Of a stretch of 64,000 nucleotides of DNA, positions 53,630 to 64,000 are shown piece by piece. The notes beneath the pieces are model-generated. The model did no database searches and was not told the DNA's origin. It worked only from the letters and a program-made list of their open reading frames with translations. The stretch comes from Blasia pusilla. Its lineage: Eukaryota. The stretch is taken from contig CM114271.1 in assembly GCA_050084515.1 (NCBI GenBank), positions 34,534,001 through 34,598,000 on the forward strand. Reading direction: 5' to 3'. Position 1 is the first letter of the stretch, and each line of letters starts with the position of its first letter. A program made the position numbers and the translations under genes.

Positions 53630-56600
53630 TGTCGTGCGCATACATATTGCTATACAACATACATCGATGGTCACATCTTCACCACACAACACCAATCTTC
53701 CCCACACACGGGTCGATCCACACATATACAAAAATCAACTCATACATATACATGGAAATCACACAACCACCCCCCTAGTTGGCAGTTGGATCCCCCCAAC
53801 TCCAGATAGAAAATATCACATCTCTCTAACATGACCTACTACCCTATACACATCTCGGACACATCCATCGTTCCGTGGGAACCACATCAAGAGGGGAGAT
53901 CAGACATGACATATGCCATCCTCGAGAACAACCATCACATACCAACATGCTGGTTGCACCCCTCGCGGATCCACACAACATACATCTCAAGTCTGCAGGT
54001 ACCACTGCCAAGCTCGGATCCACCATCCCATCTACGTTCGGAAGATGACATGGCGCACAATTGCGCACATGATCCTTCCAAACCATACCATCTCGTCCCT
54101 CCAACATGAGGACTCCGCTCGGAAATACCTCGCGCACACGTAGGATTGTGCGCCCTACAGTGACATCTAGCGTCGTGGGTGCCGCCTGTTGTAAATACAC
54201 GTAATCTCCATGATGAAACCTCCTAATCCTTGGACGATAACCTCCTCCACGAATGGTCGCGTACCTCAATGTATCTCTATGCTGGGCAATAGCTAAGTTC
54301 TCAAAGGCCATAGGCATAACTCTACGAAAAACTTCTGCCCTCTGAGAACATGCTTGTACCCACACATCTGAATCATCAAGATCTAACACCTCCGCCATGT
54401 CATGTCGAATCGCTGTAGATAAATCTGGCTCTCTCCCAAAGAGCAAAAAGTACGGTGAAAATGATGCCAAGGATGCCTGCCGACTAAACGATTACCCCTT
54501 GCCAACCATGGACACTGTAGATCCCACTCCCTCAACTGTCCCCGCTGCAAGCGATACTTGCGCAATCCTCTTTGCACCGTCTGTACCACTCTCTCCGCCA
54601 ACCCATACGCCTCATGATGATCTCTGGACGTGGTGCAGTGATCTATCGCGCCTCATCACACAAGGCCTGAAACTCTCCCCTGAACTCGGTACCCTGGTCA
54701 GTCAATACCTCCGCCGGTGCACCAAAGTGACTAAGCACACGATCTAGGAACGCATAAGCTGTTCCTTCGCTCGCCTTGTCTGGTAGTGCCACCAACTCTA
54801 TCCACTTGGAGCAATGCTCCACCATGACCAACACGTACCTATGATGACATCCCGTCAATGGCAAAAGTCCCGCAAAGTCTAAACTCCACCAATAACCTAA
54901 ACCCATAATCGGCAAAGGATGTAACTGAGTGGGAGCATTGAAGGATGCTCGCACTCTGTCACATACCATACATCTGGCCACAAATTGCTGTACCCTAGTA
55001 TGCATGCCGCGCCACCGATATTGAACCTGGAGTAAGTTGTAGGTACGCTTTACTCCAAAATGTCCCAACTCCTCATGGGCATGTCGCACTACACGTGCTC
55101 GCTGGGAAGGATGAGGTACCACTCGTATCCTACCATCTCCCTATACCCGCAAAATGTGAGTCCCCTCCCACTTGAACCTCTTGGCTCTTTGTAGGATCCG
55201 ATCCCGCTCCCTAGCACTCACTGCACTCGCAATGACACCAGTGCGCAAGAACTCCACAACCTCCACGTCGTCATGGATATCACGACCATCTGTCGCCTCC
55301 TCACTAACCTCCAGATCCAAAGACTCATCATCCAACCCCACCACTGGAGTCATCACTTGTGGCTGACCTGCCATAGTCAACCAACAAAGATAGGCAGATG
55401 CATGCCAACCGGGCACCATCTCCTCATCACTCTCTCCGTGCCATCGAGCTCCTGTGTCGTCTCTCTGCCTCGGACATGGGTTACGACTCAACCCATCCGC
55501 ATCCAAGTTCAGCCGACCTGGCCTATGAACCACCTCAAACTCATACTCCTATAGTAATAGAGCCCACCTGGCAAGCTTTCCTGTAAGCTTGTCGGACTCC
55601 ATCAACCACCTCAACGGCTGATGATCAGTGATAAGTGTGAAAGGGTTGCCGAATAAATAGCACCTGAAATGTGCCACAGCCCACAGTGCAGCCAAGCACT
55701 CTCCCTCGTAGGAGCTGTACTTTGCCTCTACAATGTTGTTCGATTGGCTCGCGTAAGCCACAACAAACTCCTTCTCCTTGTCATCCCTGTGAGTAGCACT
55801 GCTCCTAGACCCAACATGCTCCAATCCATATGTAGTTGGAATGTGCGACCCCTAACCGGTCTCTGTAAAATGGGTGAGGATGTCAACCTGTCCTTGAGCT
55901 CCTGAAATGCTTGCTCCTGATCATCTCCCCACAACCAAACCAGATCAAGTCTCGTCAACAAGGTCAAAGACTTTGTGATCGCACTAAAACCCTTGACATA
56001 CCGTCGATAGAAGTTCGCCAGTCGAAGAAATGCTCGGACTCGACTCACATCTGTAGGGCGTGGAATCTGCGCAATAGCCTCTACCTTCGTCTGCTGAACG
56101 CCTAACCCACTCGGGTATATGGTGTGTGTCCCAAGTACTCAATATGCTCCTGAAAGAATCTGCACTTGCCTGGATGTAACTTCAGTCCATGTAACTGCAA
56201 TCGCCGAAACACCTCCTCCAAGTGTCGCTCATGCTCCTCAACCGTGGAATTGAAGATAAGAATATCATCTATGTAACATCGTACAAAATCCAAGCTAGCG
56301 AGAATCCTATCCATCACTCTCTAAAACTCTGCGGGCGCATTCTTCAACCCAAATGGTAAGAACCGCCACTGATACAAGCAATCTCTCTCAAACCGATCTA
56401 TCCCCCAGAATGTTGTCTTCTGCCTGTCCTCCAACCTGATAGGAAGCTGATGATAGCCAACACGAAGATCTAAAGTACTAAAGATCTTTGCATGCCCTAC
56501 CGCATCAAAGATCTCCTCAAGAGTAGGCATGGCGTACCGATCTGACCTCGTCTGTCGGTTGATAGGACGGTAATCTCCACACATCCGCCTATCCGTCCAA

Positions 56601-59600
56601 TTGCCATACATATCCTTCTTTGCCGGAATGATTGTGGCAGATGCATACTCCCCATGTGATAACTCCACAAGTCCTTCCTCCAAAAAGTCGTGACTCCTGC
56701 TCGGAATCAAGGCTCGCTCCATATCAGAATACCAGTAGGATCAACGAAAGATCGGTGTATCACTAGCCAACTCAATCCGTATCCCGGGACCCTTCAGCGC
56801 ACCCAAGTCTCTCATACTGAAGGAAAAACAAATTACATGCCCTCTCAGAATCCTATGAACTCTTCGTCGCTCTCCTCCTATCAACTTGAGACCTATCACA
56901 GGCTCCCAAGTCTCCATCGTGACCTCAATTGGAGAGGACGCAACCTCCGGCTTTGGTTGCTATGTAGCAACCCTAGCCACCTCCGCAACAGCCATTCCAC
57001 TCTGACCTCCTACACTATGCTCCACATCCGAAAAATGAACATGTGCTACTCTAGCCGCCTTCGCACTCTCTACTCGAACGACGTCCCGGGAAGTCCATGG
57101 GTGCCTATCTCTCCTCGTCTCGCCCCCAGCCAATGCTTGTACAAACCCTGTAGGCAATGGTCCAACTCGTGGACGTGACGGCATGGATGACACTCGCATC
57201 CGTCTCTGCTCAGCCATACATAGGCTGACTATCCATGTAAGACAGTTGAGGTCCATTTCCTGCCCCAACACCTGTCTACGGGATGCCTCAATCATCCCTG
57301 GCACCGCCGTAGTACCGATAGCGAACCCCATGGCGCGTTCGCGCTCATCTGCTGTAGGCTCCTCCAATGCTCCGGTCACCTCATCCCAAATCATGCCTGG
57401 CCCTCCCTGACAAAAGGCATGGGATGTTGGGAAGCTCACCAACGTAGGTAAGGCTGCCCTCAACTCCCCCATCCTATTGGCCATGGCCAACGGTGGTCTA
57501 TCATCCTGTGTCACCACTTGAGATCGACGCCGTGAGCCCAAAATAGCATCCACTGTGAGATGTCGTGCTCTCTGGACTCCAACGTATGCTTGACTCAATA
57601 CATCTTATGGTATCAAGTTCGTCCACCATAGTCGTGGACGATGGGCAAGTGATCCAACTATGGTTTGCATCTAACAACACAGCAGGTCCCAACCAAGACT
57701 TCACCTGATGTATACTCGTCATCACACGTGCAGGAGTATCTCCCAACAATGGCACGTTCTCCAAAATGTACCTGGAAAACATATCTTACTCTCTTGCAAG
57801 TGTCGTACTACTCGCACCATCTCCCAAAATATCCCTGATCTCGGATTGTGCAATCCAAATCCTCGGCCAGCTGATGAATGACCCTGACATGGCCATCCAA
57901 CAATCACCAAACGAAAGGTGCCAACTTTATCCAGATCCTGCGCCCCCACCAAAGAGATGTCGGCGGGTAGCGTATGTTGATATCCCCGTAGTGCAGATAC
58001 CGACAACAACTCAGGATACCTCTGGACCAATCTCGCCACGTGACGTAATGATACTCGCCGCGCGGTCTCATCTCTCTCCACATAAAGGTATTGATGCACC
58101 CGTATGCCCGCCTGCAATAGTGCAGCCAATTCGGTGCTAATCCCTCCGAAGAGATCTAACACCCTCTTATGGGCACTGCCACACAACGGGTGTGGTATCC
58201 AATGGGGTCAACGTCTCCACTCTAAGAGCCCGATCGCCACGTAACTCTCGCTGCTGTGGGATAAAAGCATGACTCCACGCCTGCCTCACGTCGGCACTCC
58301 TCTATAGCTCTCAAGTCATACCCCACAATGGTGAAGAGGCCTTGCCAACATGGGAAGAGACACCCGCCATGGCCTGTCTCTCCGTGGGACTATCCGCTAC
58401 TGTGACACCCTCCACATGTGCGTTCCCCTCCAATAACTCTTGGGGCCAGCTAACACTACCTGTGAAAGCCGCCAACATGGTCACAGACTCACCTCATGAT
58501 CGACCACCTCGTTCCGCAAACTGCATGGGTAACTGACTCATCGAGCCGTCACCTGACCGCCATCCTCGCCGATAAGCAGCGGTCTCTTCCCATAAGTCAA
58601 GGATGAATCTTAGGGGATATAACACTGTACTCCCCACCAACACATCGTACGACTCAACTGGTGTCGTAATCGCACGTGTGCTTACCATAGCACTATCCGT
58701 CTCATGCTCTGGCTGGACTCTAACAACTATCTCTTGTCGAGTCATATACTGCGTGGGTGACACGCCCCCAATCGAGGTCTGTATCTGGAAGGGAAAAGGC
58801 TCAATGTCGGCCTTCCATAACCCCAACGCTAAACACGCGTCTTCCCTAACATCAAGGGTTGCGCTCCTGAATCAAGTAGGACGCGTTGCGGGTGGCATAA
58901 TGTCCCCGTCGGACTAACCAAGGGAAATACTTAAGCTCGGTTATCGAGTAACACTACTCCATGTGTCACCACTGCTTGCTCTATAGCCGGTCGAGCTGGC
59001 ATATCTACCAACTTCGCCGCCGCCGCATGCCATGACTCTGTGGGGAACGTCCCGAGCACCGGCTTTGAGTGCAAGTCCACCACCTCCTCACCTACCTTTG
59101 AACAAGAAGCAGTCATCTCTCCACGCTCACACAACGTGGCGGCCAACCGAACACCTCAACTGGTCCAACTCCCAACATCGCCAACTCTATGGCGGAAAAT
59201 AGTGGAGTCTGACTCACTCTGGTGGCCACCTCCAACACTATCGTCGACAGTGACTCCGGCATAGGAGTTGTCACTCCAACTCCTCATGACGTCAACGTAG
59301 GTGCCTGAGTTGTAGGCACTGCTGGTCGTCGAGGCACCATCGATGGTGTGTGTAGTGCCTCCCACAATGTGAATGATTATGGAACCCTGGCCTGCCGCCC
59401 ATCGGTCCCCTGTGGTGGGTCAATCTCAACTCCACCTCTCTATGGCTCGGTGCCTCTCGCAGCACCCCGAGTCACCACTGCACCTGCCTCAACCTGGGCT
59501 GCACTACACATAAATCCCATACTGGCAAGATCCTCACCCGGGTCAGGGTAAGAGGTAGAAGCTGGAGTCACACTAGCTGCTCGTAGCTCCGTGCCTTCCC

Positions 59601-59750
59601 TAAGTTGCATCATTGTCATGGCAGCAATCCTCTACTCCAACTAATCGATGCGTGAGAGAAGTGCCGGCTCTGGTGCTCCTGCTCCATCTCCTGTGGCTGG
59701 TGGTGGTCCTCTACCACCACGTCCAGGAAGGACTCCCCGACCTCCTCCAA
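53630..59750 (-). mobile_element. Ty3/Gypsy retrotransposon carrying a C5 DNA methyltransferase and a PHD finger; 5'-truncated within gag, decayed; copy 2
   Basis: Order on the minus strand: Gly/Arg-rich gag-like region (59750-59000), protease RVLLDSGAQP (DSG at 58873-58865), MTase (58165-57215), RT (RMCGDYRPIN, FSTLDLRVGYHQ, LPFGLKNAPAEF, CYIDDILIF), RNase H, integrase (HAHEELGHFG..CMVCDR, DFAG, TDQGTEF), PHD finger (53984-53844), G-tract (53775-53770), and a terminal segment ending gcgcacgaca at 53630. Confidence 0.97.
57215..58165 (-). pseudogene. DNMT3-like cytosine-5 methyltransferase domain embedded in pol between protease and RT (frameshifted)
   Basis: Motif I VLDLFGGIST, motif II YVERD, motif IV IVGWPCQGHS (PCQ at 57892-57884), motif VI YILENV, motif VIII AHRPRLWWTNL (read by hand at ~57615-57648), motif IX ERERAMGF and motif X RRQVLGQEMDL. 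The order is canonical, not permuted as in DRM. Confidence 0.93.
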
Positions 59751-59759
59751 GTTTAATTA

Positions 59760-62700
59760 ATACTTCCGTTGTGTGTCATGTAGATGGTGAGTGTTGGCGG
59801 ATCATCACTAAATAGGGAGAGACGGCCACTTGGTATTATTACAAATATGCCAATTTCGCAACAAAGTTCGGGAAGACATATTGAAGTATTGAAGAATACC
59901 TCCCCGGTGTAAGAACCTTTGCTTAGGATAAGGAAGTAAGCATCTTATTTCCATTTCAACGATGATGCCTTGGGTTTATTGCATGAGAAAAACATATTTT
60001 CAAGAAAATGACGTAAGTTTACTACATCGACGCTCATTTAGCATGTCCAATTTCCCACCTCACAAAATATTCACTTTTCATTTAATTTTGTAAGCTTTTA
60101 ACATTCATGTGTTGTTCCAGACTTCCAATCCCATTGAATCATGTCAATATACTGACCAAGGTTCTAATCGCCCAAAAATAAAATGCTATTCGAAATGATA
60201 GAATGGAAGCTTCAAAGAAAAAAGAGGAATTACTATCGAGAGTATTGTCAAGTTCCTGAGAGTATTGCTCCTATTCCATTGAATAGGTACCTGTATCTAA
60301 CTTTTTATATTTGATTCACTTCATAACTATTTGATTTACTCCGTTTTTTATTTGTATTTATTCTTATCAATATTTTGACATATTTTCTTAGGCCTTCCAA
60401 TGAGGATGGAATAATAGTAGAAGAAAATCAAGAAGTGAGCGAACAATCGACGGAGTATATTTATATATCGCCAAGACTCGAGTTAGTTGACAATGCATTC
60501 CATGAAATTATCGAGAATACATCCACGATTGAGCCATCACAAGTTGAGTTACCTAACACTCCTCATATTCCAATTCAAAATGAAGTTGTCAACAATTTGT
60601 CGACCGCTCTTCCTATTCGAGTTCAAGATGAAGTTGTCGACAATTCGTCGACCACTCTTCCTATTCTTGTTCAAGATGAAGTTTTTGACAATTCGTCCAA
60701 TTTTGCCTAACTCGGGGATGAATCAAGGTCAAGAGTAGATGCCATGTCTCCTAATGGAGTTTTGTTATCTCCACAACGTGCCACTGTACCAAATACTTAT
60801 ATAATTTGTGTGTCGTCTACCCTTGATAGAGTTTTAAGATTAAATACATTACTCAATCTTGCAAGGAGGCCAAATTTTCAAGAAAGTGATATTTGGAAGT
60901 TGCAATTACAAAGGAGTTTGATCGTACCAGCGCTCGTCATACATTAGGTTCTATGACAGAGATATGTCCTTCATGCCGTGCTTTACATTGGAAATGTGAA
61001 GTGGTCAAAGGTACTAAGTTTGGTGACTCACAATATGGTATGTGTTGTGCCCATGGGAGAATATACTTACCTCTCTTGAGATCGTCTCCTCCATTTCTTA
61101 AATCCTTGATTTCGGGTATTGGTCCTAGAAGCGTTCATTTTCTTACACATGCTCAAGCTTATAATTCTGCACTTCAACTTGCATCTATTGGGATCAATGT
61201 AAACGAACGAATTGGTGGCAATGGACACTTTAGGGTCCAAGGCAGGATCTATCATTCCATTGGACCTTTACATCTTGATATAGGGGGACATCCCCAAATT
61301 GTTCAACTATACATCTATGATATTGCAAATGAATTGGAAAATCGTGTTAGAGTTATGTCTACATCTTCTAATCTTAATATGGATATTTTGAAAGGTCTCC
61401 AAGACATGTTACATGAATGCAATCCATATGTGAAGATCTTTCGTCATATGGCATATGAAGCAAGTGATCTTAATATGCGGATTATCCTCAAGGCAAGTAA
61501 GAGAGGTCTTGATGCAAAGCGTTATAACTTACCAATTGCTTCTGAAGTTGCTGCTATTTTTCCGGGTGATGGAAGTGAACACGTTGAGCATCGTGATATA
61601 ATTGTACGACTACATGGAGGAGGAGTCAAACATATATCCGACCTCAACAAAGTATATATTCCCTTACATTTTGTTTTATTATTTATCTATGGTGAAGTAG
61701 GTTGGTATCCTGGAATACCCTTTGGGCAAATCGAAGGCTGTAGAAAATCCTGACGATTGGGCCACATTATTCATGGAGAGGAGGGACATCCTGAACCTTC
61801 AAATGATTGCATGGATGAGGACAGAGTTTATAGTGATATTGTTGAGGAAAGAAGAACAAAATGTATTACGGCCTTGCAAATTGCATGTTTTGGACTTCAA
61901 ATGTGGGTTGGAGGAGATGATGACAATCGCTTATTGCGGCTTTGTCGACTTACTCAAGAATATATGGTTGAACTCTATGTCACTGTGGAAATGCAATGAT
62001 TATCATGGGTGCGCTTAAATCAGAAGGAGTTGAGGGCTGAATTATATCAAGGTGTAAAGGATGCCATGCATCAATAAGATGCGGATAGCCAAAGGCTTAG
62101 GGAGACGCATTATATTACCTTCTTCTTTTACTGGAGGGCCACGTCATATGCATCAATTGTATCAAGATGCAATGGCAATTGTACGACATTTGGGGAAGCC
62201 TGACTACTTCTTAACCATGACATGCAATCCAAAGTGCGAGGAGATTACATCAGCCCTATTATCTGGCCAATCACTGCAGACCGACTAGATTTGGTCGTGC
62301 GGGTTTTTGAGAAGAAAAAGAAGGACTTGTTACGACTTATCATCAAGAAGGAGATATTGGGCTGAGTTGTAGGATGCATCCATGTGGTGGAATTCCAAAA
62401 AAGAGGATTACCGCATATGCATGTCCTTATTATTTTAGGTCATGAGGATAAATCACGTACCATAATTGATTATGATCGTATCATTTTACTTGAAATCCCT
62501 TATCAATCTACCCATCCAAGGTTATATTCTATCGTTGCTAATTGCATGGTTCACGGGCCATGTGGACCATTAAATCCAAATGCTCCGTGTATGGATAAGG
62601 AAACAAAAAAACGTATAAAAGGCTATCCTAAAGCTTTTGCGGCCAACACTACCAAAACAAAAGTTGGTTATCCAATATATCGTAGGTAAGGATCATTTTA

Positions 62701-64000
62701 TTTCTAAGGCATATGTATTCATGATTCCTTCCAATACCTTCATTCATGATTAATTACGATTATTATTGTGTTTTTGTAGATTGGAGAATGGAAGGGCGAT
62801 AAGTAAGAGCAAACATTCATTGGATAATCATTTGGTTTTGCCTTACAATCCGATGTTATGCACCTTATTCGATTGTCACATTAATTTGGAGATTATAAGT
62901 AGTGTTTCTGTTGTCAAGTACTTATACAAATATGTTTATAAAGGAGCTGATGTTGTGTCATTTAAGTTGTCAAAGGATATGGATACATCCAATGTAATTG
63001 AAGTTATTGACGAGACAACGTGATATCTTGATGCGATGTATGATTTTATGGATTGACTTCTATGATGCATTATACTTTATTTCTCAACTTCATGTGATTG
63101 TCCTTACTCAAATACTTGGAATTCTCATTATTCCAAATATATATCTTCTTGGGAGGCATGTTGGGATCTCTTTAAGTTTAGTCTACATGCCGAACTTCCA
63201 AGTATCGTTCGACTGGCAGTCCATCTTCCGACACAACAATTAGTCTACTTCAATGATGTTGACGCTCTTGGAGATATTTTGCAACTAAAAAGAGAGGCAA
63301 CATTGATCCAATGGTTTGCAACCAATCTATCTGACTCTAGTGCTCGACAATATCTATACATAGATTTTCTTGCTTATTATCGTTGAAGTAACAAGAGGTG
63401 GATTCGTAGGGTACAAAAACAAAATGGTTGTGGCCATCCCATTGGTCGCTTATACCTTACTCATCCAAGTAAATGCTCACAACTTCTTTGTATATAATTT
63501 CTTTTATATTCCACCTCTAAAGCGATGTATCTATATGTTGGGATAAACTCATTTAGTTTAATTCCTCGTAGGTGAAGGAGAACATCATTGGTTGAGATGA
63601 CTTCTCCATCATGTTCGAGGAGCAACTACGTATGAATGTTTGAGAACTGTTAATGGGTTATTATGTCCAACATTCAAGGAGGCTTCTATCCAATTGGGAC
63701 TTCTTGAGGATGATAGGGAAGTGTTCTCTTGCTTTGAAGAAGCTTCTACAATTTGTATAGGTTCTTCACTTTGTCGCCTATTTGTAATTATTCTAGCGTA
63801 CAACACATTTGCTCAATCTACAACACTTTGGAGTCAATTATTGGTTCCAATGGTAGAAGATCTCTTATATGAAGGGCGTCTAGTAAGAATTCATTAATAC
63901 CCTTGCATCATTTTTTTTATTCTTAATAGTATCTTCTATTGAGCATTCAACAATCTAACCAATTTTGGGTTATCATCCTATTTTGTAGAAAATTGGAATT
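59760..64000 (+). mobile_element. Helitron, Rep portion of RepHel, intron-containing, decayed; continues beyond the window (5' boundary uncertain)
   Basis: Motifs CPSCRALHW..CCAHG, AYNSALQLASIG, QGRIYHSIG, QLYIYD, HECNPYVK, RYNLP..SEVAAIF, GRRIILPSSFTGGPRHMHQLYQDAMAIVRHLGKPDYFLTMTCNP, HUH motif VEFQKRGLPHMH, VHGPCG, KYLYKYVYKG and LRTVNG..PTFKEASIQLGLLEDD. GT-AG introns at about 62686-62779 and 63469-63571. Multiple stops. Confidence 0.95.

Noticed and set aside
57215-58165. MTase as a bacterial restriction-modification gene, contamination or host DRM gene
   Set aside because: It is colinear within Gypsy pol between protease and RT, has no partner nuclease, shows DNMT3-like motifs in non-permuted order and is flanked by plant intron-containing genes.

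Overview
Eukaryotic nuclear DNA from a land plant, probably a non-seed plant such as a bryophyte (inferred from the GT-AG intron genes, plant gene families and TE types). Four spliced genes can be reconstructed exon by exon: a GPI-anchored stellacyanin/arabinogalactan chimera (+, 16.7-18.3 kb), a GEX2-related membrane protein (-, 18.9-22.7 kb, 5' end uncertain), peroxisomal urate oxidase (-, 33.1-37.1 kb) and GEMIN2 (-, 48.7-51.4 kb). There is also a His-rich ORF of unknown function. Two decayed copies of one unusual Ty3/Gypsy family lie near the two ends of the window (0.5-3.8 kb +, 53.6-59.75 kb -), with a diverged solo LTR at 9.6-10.2 kb. The more complete copy encodes gag-protease-[DNMT3-like C5 cytosine methyltransferase]-RT-RNaseH-integrase-[PHD finger], so it carries both a chromatin writer and a reader. 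Both copies share an atypical 3' end: hairpin, G-tract, then only the distal ~130 bp of the LTR. In copy 1 a complete LTR follows. A decayed intron-containing Helitron Rep runs from about 59.8 kb off the right edge. All similarities were recognised by eye; no database search was run.
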